Part shown: in pieces, positions 36,558-45,549 of the stretch
Layout: each line of letters opens with the position of its first letter
Numbering within the stretch: position 1 is the first letter of the stretch
Assembly: GCA_903831095.1 (NCBI GenBank)
Contig: CAIKWD010000026.1
Coordinates: 136,477 to 200,476, forward strand
Direction: 5' to 3'
Source: Candidatus Staskawiczbacteria bacterium
Lineage (GTDB): Bacteria > Patescibacteriota > Minisyncoccia > Minisyncoccales > Staskawiczbacteraceae
DNA: 64,000 nucleotides
Notes under the pieces: model-generated
What the model saw: only the letters and a program-made list of their open reading frames with translations
The model's database searches: none
Told to the model about the DNA's origin: nothing
Translations under genes and position numbers: made by a program

Positions 36558-38072
36558 ATGGTAAAGAAAGAAATTAAGAAAAAGGAACTTTTGAGCAGGC
36601 CACCAGTGGTGGTTGTTTTGGGGCACGTTGACCATGGAAAATCTTCACTTTTGGAAGCCATTAGGGACTTTAAAATTACTTCAAAAGAATCAGGTGGAAT
36701 TACTCAACACATTGGAGCATATGAAATTGAAGAAAAAGGTAAAAAGATTACTTTTATAGATACTCCAGGACACGAAGCTTTTTCTGCTATGCGTGCTAGA
36801 GGCGCAGAAGTGGCTGATATTGCGTTGTTGGTGGTAGATGCTGCTCAAAGCGTACAACCCCAGACAAAAGAGGCCATAATGGCAATAAAGCGCGCAGAAA
36901 TACCAATGATTGTAGTGTTAAACAAGATTGACTTGCCAACAGCTAACCCTACTAAAATCAAAGGAGAGCTTTCCAAGGTTGATGTGGTTGTGGAATCTTT
37001 TGGCGGAACAATTCCTTCGGTGGAAGTTTCTGCTAAAGAAAAAACTGGTATTGAAGAATTGATTGATATTATTTTGCTTGTAGCCGACATGCAGGAGTTA
37101 AAATCTGACGTTGATGTACCCGCTGAAGGTTTAATTATTGAGTCTTATATGGATGTTGCTCGAGGACCAGTGGCTACAGCAATAGTTCAAAAAGGGGTTC
37201 TTAAGTCAAAAGCAATTATTGCCACAGATTTGGCAATGGCAAAAGTAAAAGCTGTAAAAGATTTTATGGGAAAGGAAATTTTAGAAGCGTTTCCTTCTCA
37301 GCCAGTAATTATATTGGGTTTTGAAAAGGTTCCCGCAGTTGGAGAAAAATTTAAAAGTTATGCGACTGCTGAAGAAGCGATGAAAGAAATGAAAAGGGAA
37401 ATTCCAAAGAGGGAAGTTGGTTCAACTGTTTTGGATTCTGATCCAACTAAAAAAGTTTTGAATATAATTTTGAAGGGAGATGTTTTTGGTTCAATTGAAG
37501 CTATTGAAGGAATGCTGAAAAATTTGCCACAGGACAAGGCTATAATAAGAATTTTAAAATCGGAAGTTGGAGAAATAAATGAAACAGATGCCAAACTGGC
37601 CGAAATGTCAAAAGCCATAATTATTGGGTTTAGGGTAAAAATCAGCCCGTTAGTTGTGCAGTTTATGAGAAACGACTTGGATAAGAAGTTGAGAATTAAA
37701 ACTTTTGAGATAATTTACGAGCTTATACAGGATGTTAGAAACAGTTTGGAAAAAACTTTAGAAGCTGAAACAATTAGAAAAGATGTTGGAAAATTAAGGA
37801 CCATTTTGGTTTTTTGGGGAGAAAAGAGCAGGCAAATTGTTGGTGGAAAAATTACCGAAGGAGAATTGAAAAAAGGTTTGAAGCTTGAAATTATGCGAGA
37901 TGATAAAAAAGTTGGTTCGGGCAGGATTATTAATTTGCAAAGGGACAAGAAAGACATAGACAAACTTACCAAGGGTGACGAGGCTGGTATACTTTTTGAG
38001 GGAAACGTAAAAATTGAAAAGGGAGATATAATAGTCGCATACGTTGAGGAAAGAAGAAAAGGAGAATTATAA
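36558..38072 (+). CDS. infB: Translation initiation factor IF-2 (short form)
   Basis: RPPVVVVLGHVDHGKS, GGITQHIGAY, DTPGHEAF, NKID. Confidence 0.96.
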   Translation: MVKKEIKKKELLSRPPVVVVLGHVDHGKSSLLEAIRDFKITSKESGGITQHIGAYEIEEKGKKITFIDTPGHEAFSAMRARGAEVADIALLVVDAAQSVQPQTKEAIMAIKRAEIPMIVVLNKIDLPTANPTKIKGELSKVDVVVESFGGTIPSVEVSAKEKTGIEELIDIILLVADMQELKSDVDVPAEGLIIESYMDVARGPVATAIVQKGVLKSKAIIATDLAMAKVKAVKDFMGKEILEAFPSQPVIILGFEKVPAVGEKFKSYATAEEAMKEMKREIPKREVGSTVLDSDPTKKVLNIILKGDVFGSIEAIEGMLKNLPQDKAIIRILKSEVGEINETDAKLAEMSKAIIIGFRVKISPLVVQFMRNDLDKKLRIKTFEIIYELIQDVRNSLEKTLEAETIRKDVGKLRTILVFWGEKSRQIVGGKITEGELKKGLKLEIMRDDKKVGSGRIINLQRDKKDIDKLTKGDEAGILFEGNVKIEKGDIIVAYVEERRKGEL

Positions 38073-38075
38073 ATT

Positions 38076-38447
38076 ATGGTAGATAGAATAGATAAAGTAA
38101 ATTCATTGTTGCAGCATGAAATTGGGAAAATTCTCCTTAAAGATTTTGCTTTTTCCCCAGAAATTTTAGTTACCATCACCAGAGTAGACACTTCTTCCAA
38201 CATGATTGAAACAAAAGTGTTTGTTTCAGTTTTCCCAGAGACAAAATCAGACGGAATTATAAATGCGCTTAACAAATCGGTTTCAGATATACAGTACCAA
38301 ATAAATAGGACTTTACGCATGAGGCCAATTCCAAAAATTAAGTTTGTTAGGGAAACTGAGATTTTACAGGCTGCCAGAATTGAGGAACTTTTATATAAGG
38401 CAAAAGAATCTGACGGACAGTCGCCAGATGTTGAAAAAACAGAATAA
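38076..38447 (+). CDS. rbfA: 30S ribosome-binding factor RbfA
   Basis: Follows infB; VTITRVDTS, LRMRPIPKIKF. Confidence 0.88.
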   Translation: MVDRIDKVNSLLQHEIGKILLKDFAFSPEILVTITRVDTSSNMIETKVFVSVFPETKSDGIINALNKSVSDIQYQINRTLRMRPIPKIKFVRETEILQAARIEELLYKAKESDGQSPDVEKTE

Positions 38448-38474
38448 ATTGGTAGAATAGTATTATAAATCATT

Positions 38475-38546
38475 GGCACGGTAGCAAAGTAGTAATGCAC
38501 TTCTCTGCAAAAGAAGTATACGTGAGTGCGATTCTCACCCGTGCCT
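38475..38546 (+). tRNA. tRNA-Cys(GCA)
   Basis: GGCACGG/CCGTGCC acceptor stem; CTTCT-CTGCAAA-AGAAG. Confidence 0.9.
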
Positions 38547-38566
38547 CAAAATTAGTAAAATATTAT

Positions 38567-38652
38567 GCCCGAGTGGTGGAATGGTATACACGAAGGACTT
38601 AAAATCCTTTGAGGGAAACTTCATGCGGGTTCGACTCCCGCCTCGGGCACCA
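38567..38652 (+). tRNA. tRNA-Leu(TAA), probable integration site
   Basis: GCCCGAG/CTCGGGC-ACCA; AAGGA-CTTAAAA-TCCTT; variable arm. Confidence 0.93.
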
Positions 38653-40206
38653 GTAGCTCCTTAGTAAAACTTTACGCTCGTTTTGGAAGGTTTTTATTAT
38701 TTTTGTGGGTTCAGAACGGACGATTATCCTGTCTTTTACCCAAAAGCCTTCCCAGAATAGCGACAAATAAAGCCTCTTTAAGTCATTAGGGGCTTTTTTG
38801 TATGCTCCATAAACATCTCTTGCCAACATTAGTATTTTCCTAATAGTCTCAAAATCTATCTCATTTTCTCGTTCAAGTTCTCCGATTTGGCTGTTTATGT
38901 CATTTTCTTCGCCTCGTAGTCGGTCTTTTATCCTCCCATAGTCCTCATCATCGAGAATGCCCGAAATCAATTTTTTTTCGGCTACCTCCCGATATTTTTC
39001 AATACCCATTTTCTTATTAAGCTGAATTCTCACCTTTTGTTTTTTATCTTTTTGTTGTTTTTCGTAGTATTTTTCAACTTTATGAATAATAAGTTTAATA
39101 AAAGTTTCACTGAATTTGATTGTTTTAAATTGGTTTTCCACTTGTTCTTCCAGCTCTTCTGCTGTGATATTTTGTCCTTTATTACTATGGCTCATACTTA
39201 TAACTTTAATACCACAGCGATAATAGTCATGGCTTTTTCCAGGACGACGTTTTTCCGCCACATATCTTCCTTGGCAAATATCACAAAAAATGAAACCACG
39301 TAGGAGAAAATTGTGAATCCTTCTCCTACTTTGGTGCATATTATGGATGTCCATAATATTGGTTATTCGGTTATGTTCTTCTACACTTATCATTGCTTCA
39401 TGATTTCCTGTTTTTTCTTGTCCATTCCATCTCAATATTCCGCAATAGTAGGGGTCTCTGAGGATTTTTATCATAACGCTGTTGCAGATTCTCTTATCAT
39501 TTTTAGACCTTAATCCTTTTGTATATAGGATGTCTGATATTTCTAACGCTGAGTAATTATCTGTCAGATACATTTTCAACCCTTGTTTAACCAAATCAAA
39601 TTTTTCAGGGTCTTTGATTATTATTCCCTTAGTTTTACTTTTTTTGGTAAAATAATCTTCATTTGCCAAGCTACGCTTCTGGAATTCTTGTACGTCTCCA
39701 TTTCCATCAATTCTTTTATTGAGGTAACCAATCGGTGCCCAGCCAGGATAATCTCCTAAATCGAACTTGGTCTGCATTCCTTTTTTAGTTTTTCTTCCAG
39801 TAATTTGTGATTGAAATTGGTTAACACTGGCGACAATAGTATCTATCATATTTCCTTCCGGACTATCATCTATCATTGGTTGAGCAACAGATATTACTTT
39901 GACGCCAACTTTTTTTAGGACTGTTTTTATGGTTAAGTGGTCATTTGTATTTCGTGCCAACCGATCTGTTTCTTGTACTATAACAATATTAATAGACTTA
40001 TCCTGCTGGCATCTTGCAAGCATATCTTGCAAAGCAGGTCTGTTAAGATTAGTGGCAGATTTTCCCTCATCAACATAAATACCCGCTACTTCGTAGTCGT
40101 TATCTCCTGCAAATTTCTTACAAAAGTTTTCTTGGGTAAGCAGGGAATTGTTGTTTTTTGCCTGTTCTTCCGTGCTTACTCGACAATATATTAGTGCTTG
40201 TTCCAT
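38599..40206 (-). CDS. Large serine recombinase (resolvase, recombinase and Zn-ribbon domains)
   Basis: YCRVSTEEQ, DEGKSA..NRPAL, DRLAR, CDIC..YYRC; last 17 codons are antisense to tRNA-Leu. Confidence 0.92.
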   Translation of the reverse strand: MEQALIYCRVSTEEQAKNNNSLLTQENFCKKFAGDNDYEVAGIYVDEGKSATNLNRPALQDMLARCQQDKSINIVIVQETDRLARNTNDHLTIKTVLKKVGVKVISVAQPMIDDSPEGNMIDTIVASVNQFQSQITGRKTKKGMQTKFDLGDYPGWAPIGYLNKRIDGNGDVQEFQKRSLANEDYFTKKSKTKGIIIKDPEKFDLVKQGLKMYLTDNYSALEISDILYTKGLRSKNDKRICNSVMIKILRDPYYCGILRWNGQEKTGNHEAMISVEEHNRITNIMDIHNMHQSRRRIHNFLLRGFIFCDICQGRYVAEKRRPGKSHDYYRCGIKVISMSHSNKGQNITAEELEEQVENQFKTIKFSETFIKLIIHKVEKYYEKQQKDKKQKVRIQLNKKMGIEKYREVAEKKLISGILDDEDYGRIKDRLRGEENDINSQIGELERENEIDFETIRKILMLARDVYGAYKKAPNDLKRLYLSLFWEGFWVKDRIIVRSEPTKIIKTFQNERKVLLRSYWCPRRESNPHEVSLKGF

Positions 40207-40219
40207 AATTTTATAAACT

Positions 40220-40329
40220 AAAAGGAGCTGGATGCAAAAGATTATTGTTGAAGTAATCAGGCACCAGCTCCTCATTTGTATGTTAGCAAAATAAAAACCT
40301 TTTGCAAAACACCTAATTACTTCAACGAT
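40220..40329 (-). promoter_or_regulatory. Attenuator-like leader of the recombinase
   Basis: GGAGCTGG/CCAGCTCC hairpin with a U-tract; its loop segments are complementary to upstream segments at 40299-40306 and 40312-40329. Confidence 0.55.
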
Positions 40330-40407
40330 TTAATTAAAGCTCTTATCCATCTATAAAGCAACAGTCAATCCCAGTTTTTCAGTTATTTATCCCTTAAGGA
40401 AAAAAAA

Positions 40408-41430
40408 CTAAAGAGCAGATTTTTTACTAACTTTGAAGTAGAGGAAAGTATTGTGCCCTAACCTCTCTATTCTAACTTCTCCAACTGTTTCGAGCTCTTT
40501 CAAAGCGGTTCTTATTTTGTTAAACCCAACTTGAATGCTCTTATTTATTTCTTCGCAGACAGTTTTTAAGTCTTTACCTGCTTCAGGATTTAAAACTGTT
40601 AATGCAATATCTTTAATTTCTTTCATTCCATGTAATTGAGGTTGAACATAATCAACAAACCTAAAATTAAGCCCGTTTTCTCTATCAGTTTTGACTATGA
40701 ACGATTTTTCGGCTTTGCTTCTTCTTGCTTTGCCTTGAGTTAATTGAAGAATTTCCAATTCATTATCTTCACCCTTAATCTCGATATGGGAATCGATTGC
40801 TCCATGTATAGCAGAAGACCCTCTCATACGTAAACTAGGGTTAACACTGTCGTCATTTTTTTTGTGATGATGAATTATTAAAACCGTAGCTCCTGCACGT
40901 GTAATCTGTTTAACTGCGTCCATAACTTTTTGCATCCCATTTGAAGCGTTCTCATCACTATTGTGTAGAGCAATGAGAGGATCCAAAATGACGAGGTTTA
41001 TTTTTTTTCTTTTTACAAAGTTAACAACTTTTCCTATACCTGCCTTTTGATCTATCTTCACTTCGCATTCAGAGGAAATAAAAATTCTTTTACACGACCT
41101 GAATTTCATATCTTTCATCCTACTATTTATTTCAGAAAAATCAGTTTCGCCATCAACAAAAAGGACAGATCCTTTTTTTGCATTAAACTTATCGAAAACC
41201 TTTTTTTGTGAAGCTATGCATTGCATTATATGAAGTGCTACCCAACTTTTGCCACATCCTGGCTGCCCCGAAATTATGGTTATTCCTTTTTCAGGGATTA
41301 GGTTTTCTACTAGAAAGCGATTTTTTGGAAACTTCATTTTGAGTACGTCGCCTATTGGTACGGGATCAAAACTTGTTATTTCCTCTATTTCTTTTAATCT
41401 TTTTTCTAACTCGAAAATATTTTCTTCCAT
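40408..41430 (-). CDS. RepA/RecA-like AAA_25 helicase
   Basis: FLVENLIP, GQPGCGKS, VLFVDGE, VILDPL, IIHH, RGSSAI. Confidence 0.85.
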   Translation of the reverse strand: MEENIFELEKRLKEIEEITSFDPVPIGDVLKMKFPKNRFLVENLIPEKGITIISGQPGCGKSWVALHIMQCIASQKKVFDKFNAKKGSVLFVDGETDFSEINSRMKDMKFRSCKRIFISSECEVKIDQKAGIGKVVNFVKRKKINLVILDPLIALHNSDENASNGMQKVMDAVKQITRAGATVLIIHHHKKNDDSVNPSLRMRGSSAIHGAIDSHIEIKGEDNELEILQLTQGKARRSKAEKSFIVKTDRENGLNFRFVDYVQPQLHGMKEIKDIALTVLNPEAGKDLKTVCEEINKSIQVGFNKIRTALKELETVGEVRIERLGHNTFLYFKVSKKSAL

Positions 41431-41462
41431 ACTTTTACATTTAATGGTTATTATTAATTTCG

Positions 41463-41633
41463 TTATTTTGATCCAGGAGGACTTTTATTTTTTTCTTTAG
41501 ATTTTTCAATTTGTTCAATCAAAAGATGTGCAATCGCTTCTGCGAGCTTCTCTTCTTCGACACTCCATTCCTGGTTATCCCTTTTGTCCTCAGAGGGATT
41601 ATCTTTTGATATTAAAAAAGCCTGATTTTTCAT
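41463..41633 (-). CDS. Small hypothetical protein (56 aa, absent from the ORF track)
   Basis: MKNQAFLISK...EKLAEAIAHLLIEQIEK..., in line between 41677-42375 and the helicase. Confidence 0.5.
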   Translation of the reverse strand: MKNQAFLISKDNPSEDKRDNQEWSVEEEKLAEAIAHLLIEQIEKSKEKNKSPPGSK

Positions 41634-41676
41634 CAGGTTCTTTATAAAGCATTAGATATCGTCTGAATTCAGATGA

Positions 41677-42375
41677 CTAAGTACTAGTTGGTAAATATCT
41701 TGGGTTTATTCTTATTTTTTTGCTATCTTTTTTTATAAAATCTTTTATACCAGTTTCAATAGCTATCTCATCATTGATACTGTCTCCCGCTGAATCAAAT
41801 TTTTTCCAATAAAGTTTTGGTAATTTAATAAGGTTCATTTTTTTTAAATCGTCCCATTCCTCTAACATTTTGTCATAATAAAACCAACCTTCCAGGGGTT
41901 CTTTAAAAATTATATCAAGCATTTCTTTTTGGTGATATTTTTTATTGAAATCTATCTTTTTATCTAAAAAGTATAAAATGCCATCTTTATATTCTGGTTT
42001 TGAAACCTTATTATCTTTTTCTGTGGTAGCTCTTTTAAGGGCTTTTTTAAATTCCATTAAATAGGTTAGATCGGAATTTGTAATGTGTATTTTTACATAA
42101 CTGTCCTTTCCATTGCTTCTTGGAATAAATTTATAATCAATCAATGGGATTTCTTTCCAAATCAGAAGAAATACATTTTCAATGTCATCCTCTGTTAGTC
42201 CTTGTTTTGAAAACTGTTCACCATTTATTCTTATATCTACATCTCGTATTATTTCGTTATTTACATCTTCTAAAGAAAAAAATAACTCTGTTTCAATGAG
42301 TGTTAAAACCCTTATGGCTCTTTCTATAACTAGTTCTGGTAAATAATTTAAACTTTTACTTATGTCTATTTTCAT
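41677..42375 (-). CDS. Hypothetical protein, possible C-terminal winged helix
   Basis: 232-aa ORF ending INDEIAIETGIKDFI...IRINPRY. Confidence 0.55.
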   Translation of the reverse strand: MKIDISKSLNYLPELVIERAIRVLTLIETELFFSLEDVNNEIIRDVDIRINGEQFSKQGLTEDDIENVFLLIWKEIPLIDYKFIPRSNGKDSYVKIHITNSDLTYLMEFKKALKRATTEKDNKVSKPEYKDGILYFLDKKIDFNKKYHQKEMLDIIFKEPLEGWFYYDKMLEEWDDLKKMNLIKLPKLYWKKFDSAGDSINDEIAIETGIKDFIKKDSKKIRINPRYLPTST

Positions 42376-42583
42376 TAGTCTATTTTGCCACTTTTGGTAT
42401 TTTTTTCAAGTTTGGAATACCCAAAATTCAGCGATCTATCCATGGAGTCATAGAAATGCCCATTTCTTCATGGAACTCCTTGTATATGGTCTTTTATGGT
42501 GCTAAAACACATCTCTCTAACATTATGTCGCCACATCTGAACTTGTAGAAAATGTTTAAAGTCACAAACCATTATTTTATATT

Positions 42584-43597
42584 CTAGTAATAGTTCTCTA
42601 CGGTAACTGAATAATCACTATTCCAGTTACTTAGATGGAGATAATATTGTCCTGGAGGCAACGAGTATTCGTTGAAGGTTTTACTTATTGGGCAATCGAC
42701 TGTTGTAGCAAAATTATCACTTTGAGGATAGGGCTGGCTTGGGTCGGTTGCCTCAATAATTCCGTTAAACCATCCAGCATTCAGGCTAGAATCAGATGTG
42801 GTGCAACTATATGTAATTCTTGATTGATTACCTCTTAAAGAAAAAGATGTAGTGTTGTTTCCTGAGGTGTCACTATACGAAAAAGCTGTGTGCCAAGTAG
42901 CAAGTGTGTTGCAAGTACCGTTACTACAGGTTTGGCTTGAATTGCAGGTTTGCTGTAGCTGCTGAGTTTTACTGTTTGAGCAATAAGATTGTAGAGTGCC
43001 TGCTTTATTGCAAATATAAGTTATATAATTTTGGTAAACTGCATTATTCTGACAAGAGGGGCTTCCTGTTAGGGCATTAGTACCGCACTGGTTATCAGTA
43101 GAACAACTAATACTCGCGACTGGAGTAGGTGTCGGCGTGGGTTGGGTTGTGGCAGGTTGTTGAGTAGGTATTGTTTTTTTTGCTTTTGTTGCAGGTAACT
43201 GTATTTGTGTCCATGTGCCACAATTTTTAGATTGGAAACCTTTATCAGTTGAAGATATGGTTACGATAGCTGAAGTATCGGTATTTTCATTATCGATAAT
43301 ATCTGCACTGGTTCCTCCAAAACCGCTAAGTCTCGCATAATAACAATTTGACCCACCTGAATTGCGATAGGTACCAGATTGAATGTCGGTTCCAACAATG
43401 TATGTTCCATCACCGAATGATGTTAATGGAGATTTTGGAACAGACGCTGACTGAGTTGGAGTTGGTGCTGATGTAGGCGATGGAGTAGAGCCTTGATTTC
43501 CGGCGTTCGCGATAATAATTATAAAAATTACCACTAATGCCCAAAACCACCAGCGTGTATAGAATTTCTTTTTAGGTTCTTCTGTTTGATTTTCCAT
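42584..43597 (-). CDS. Membrane-anchored multidomain surface protein
   Basis: KKKFYTRWWFW TM anchor, P/T linkers, GDGTYIVGTDIQSGTY..CYYARL domain, Cys-rich module. Confidence 0.7.
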   Translation of the reverse strand: MENQTEEPKKKFYTRWWFWALVVIFIIIIANAGNQGSTPSPTSAPTPTQSASVPKSPLTSFGDGTYIVGTDIQSGTYRNSGGSNCYYARLSGFGGTSADIIDNENTDTSAIVTISSTDKGFQSKNCGTWTQIQLPATKAKKTIPTQQPATTQPTPTPTPVASISCSTDNQCGTNALTGSPSCQNNAVYQNYITYICNKAGTLQSYCSNSKTQQLQQTCNSSQTCSNGTCNTLATWHTAFSYSDTSGNNTTSFSLRGNQSRITYSCTTSDSSLNAGWFNGIIEATDPSQPYPQSDNFATTVDCPISKTFNEYSLPPGQYYLHLSNWNSDYSVTVENYY

Positions 43598-43641
43598 ATT
43601 TTTATTTATTATTTTTAATTAAGATTAAAATAAATAAATTG

Positions 43642-44382
43642 CTATTGAGTAATCGTCGTCCAATCAGTGCATTGAAAATTATCGCTTAAACTTGATCCAG
43701 TAAGGATTGTGGTATTCATACTGCCGTGAAGACACTTGTTGGTTCGAGTAACACTGATAACAGGAACCCAAATATTCCTACTAATAAATGCATTTGTTTG
43801 AGAAAGCGACTGGCTCAACACTCCGGTGCCATATACCTGAAGGAATTGTAGTATAGGGCTACTTTTATCTTGAAGACTAGCAACCGCGGAAGTATATGTT
43901 GCACTATCATCAATCTCGAGCATCATCTCTGGCTGAGAAGGGTCAAATGGATTGATGATTTCAATATAATTACTATTTCCCCCTCTACCGCCTTTAGGTA
44001 AAAAACTATTGACCATACCAATCATAGAAATGGTTTTACCAAGATAAGCTCCAGGATTAGAACTGTATAACTCAAAGGAAACGGGGGTGTAAACCGAATA
44101 GTCTATGGATAATGAACTTGTTTGCGGGGCAGGAGTTAACACGGGCAAAGTAGGTGTGATAACCGTGGGCGTTGTATTTTCAGAAACCGACGGCACAGGT
44201 TGCGTAGTTGCTTTTTGAGCCAATATTTGCTGTATTTGTTGCTCCAATTGTGCAATCATTTGAGTAAGCAACTGGATTAGTTGTTGGGTTAATTGTGCCT
44301 GGGTTGATACGGTTTGTGCTGTTGCAAAAACGGGCATTATTAAAAATGATGCCAAGACTAACGAGATTAAAAGTTTTTTCAT
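43642..44382 (-). CDS. Secreted protein with Gln-rich coiled coil and P/T linker
   Basis: Signal peptide; QLIQLLTQMIAQLEQQIQQ. Confidence 0.7.
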   Translation of the reverse strand: MKKLLISLVLASFLIMPVFATAQTVSTQAQLTQQLIQLLTQMIAQLEQQIQQILAQKATTQPVPSVSENTTPTVITPTLPVLTPAPQTSSLSIDYSVYTPVSFELYSSNPGAYLGKTISMIGMVNSFLPKGGRGGNSNYIEIINPFDPSQPEMMLEIDDSATYTSAVASLQDKSSPILQFLQVYGTGVLSQSLSQTNAFISRNIWVPVISVTRTNKCLHGSMNTTILTGSSLSDNFQCTDWTTITQ

Positions 44383-44419
44383 ATTTTTAATTTTTTACCA
44401 GAGGAAGGATTTTTTACAC

Positions 44420-44571
44420 AAAAAGCCCACCACGGGTAGAGACCGAAGTCTCTCATATAGGTTTCCCTATACGGCGATCAAACACAACCCCATGATGGGT
44501 TCTTTATGTTTGATCGTCTTTAGTGCCATGCCCATAGATAACTATGAGTTTAGGCGAATTATTAAATTGTT
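44420..44571 (-). ncRNA. Putative structured leader RNA, copy 2 of 3
   Basis: Reverse complement reads GCCTAAA..CATGG..CGATCAAACA/TGTTTGATCG..GAAA hairpin..UUCG hairpin..CCCGTGGTGGG-CTTTT. Confidence 0.7.
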
Positions 44572-44706
44572 ATTTCAATTATGCCTTTAAAATGTTAAAT
44601 AATCAACAAAATAGATAATATTTAGTGACAATCATTGACATAGATACCTCATTTTGCTACAATACATCATTACGTTATAAATATAATCATTTAATAAAAA
44701 AATACT

Positions 44707-44943
44707 ATGCCAAGAAAAAGGATCCTTACAAACGAAAATAAACGAGAAAGATTTTTGAGATTAGCCAGTCATAGGACACAAGATGTTTTAAACCGTCTGC
44801 GTGTTTTAGGTAATTGTGCTAATCATTCTGTTTATGAATACAGCAAGGATGATATAGATAAAATTTTTTCAGCTTTAAAGGATCAGCTCAAAACCGTTGA
44901 GGCAAAATTTCATTTTCCAAAACACAAAGAATTTAAATTATAA
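44707..44943 (+). CDS. Small conserved hypothetical protein of the type seen heading R-M/defence loci
   Basis: KRERFLRLA..RT..VL..LRVLGN.AN...YEY....IDKIF; recognised from memory only. Confidence 0.6.
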   Translation: MPRKRILTNENKRERFLRLASHRTQDVLNRLRVLGNCANHSVYEYSKDDIDKIFSALKDQLKTVEAKFHFPKHKEFKL

Positions 44944-44954
44944 ATAAAAATTTT

Positions 44955-45545
44955 ATGGAAAAAATAGACATAACAAAGCAAGACAAAATAATATTAGTTA
45001 TTTCGGAAATCTCTGATTCAACAAAAAAAAGTATCAAATTTGAAGAGATTGCAGTAGGTTTGTTCAAAAAATTTCCTAAAGATTTCCATTTAAGAGGTTA
45101 TAACAATTATCCTGATTCTGGAGATGCCGTGAAGAGGGCATTATACACGCTTAGGGATAGGGGTTTTCTTTCGGTAAATAATATGATATTTAGTTTAACA
45201 GAAAAAGGAATAGATTCTGGGAAAAAGATGCTATATCATATTAAGGGCAATAAAATCGTTCAAACTGATAATTTAGACAGATATATTCTTAGTGAAATAA
45301 ATAGAATTAAAAGATTAGAATCTTTTAACATGTTTATAAATGGTAAATCAAAAGATATATCTTTGACTGATCTTTTTAATTATTTAGGAGTCAGCGTTAG
45401 AACAAATAGAATGGATTTTAAGGCTAAACTTCATTTTATTGAAGAAGTAGTAGAAAAGATTGGTAAGAAGGATAAAGTATTTAAATTCCATAATTTTATA
45501 GTTAAAAAGTTTGAACAAGATATTGATTATAAGTTAAATAATTGA
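44955..45545 (+). CDS. Hypothetical protein with N-terminal winged-helix-like domain
   Basis: FEEIAV.LFKKFP.DF.L.GY..YPDS...RAL..L..RG.L....FSLTEKG. Confidence 0.55.
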   Translation: MEKIDITKQDKIILVISEISDSTKKSIKFEEIAVGLFKKFPKDFHLRGYNNYPDSGDAVKRALYTLRDRGFLSVNNMIFSLTEKGIDSGKKMLYHIKGNKIVQTDNLDRYILSEINRIKRLESFNMFINGKSKDISLTDLFNYLGVSVRTNRMDFKAKLHFIEEVVEKIGKKDKVFKFHNFIVKKFEQDIDYKLNN

Positions 45546-45549
45546 AAAT

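Noticed and set aside
36558..38072. Short IF-2 lacking the long N-terminal region
   Set aside because: Short IF-2 is ordinary in reduced genomes and the G domain is intact.
37715..38500. 261-aa minus-strand ORF and other antisense ORFs over well-supported genes
   Set aside because: Shadow frames of infB/rbfA and similar genes, with no recognisable motifs.
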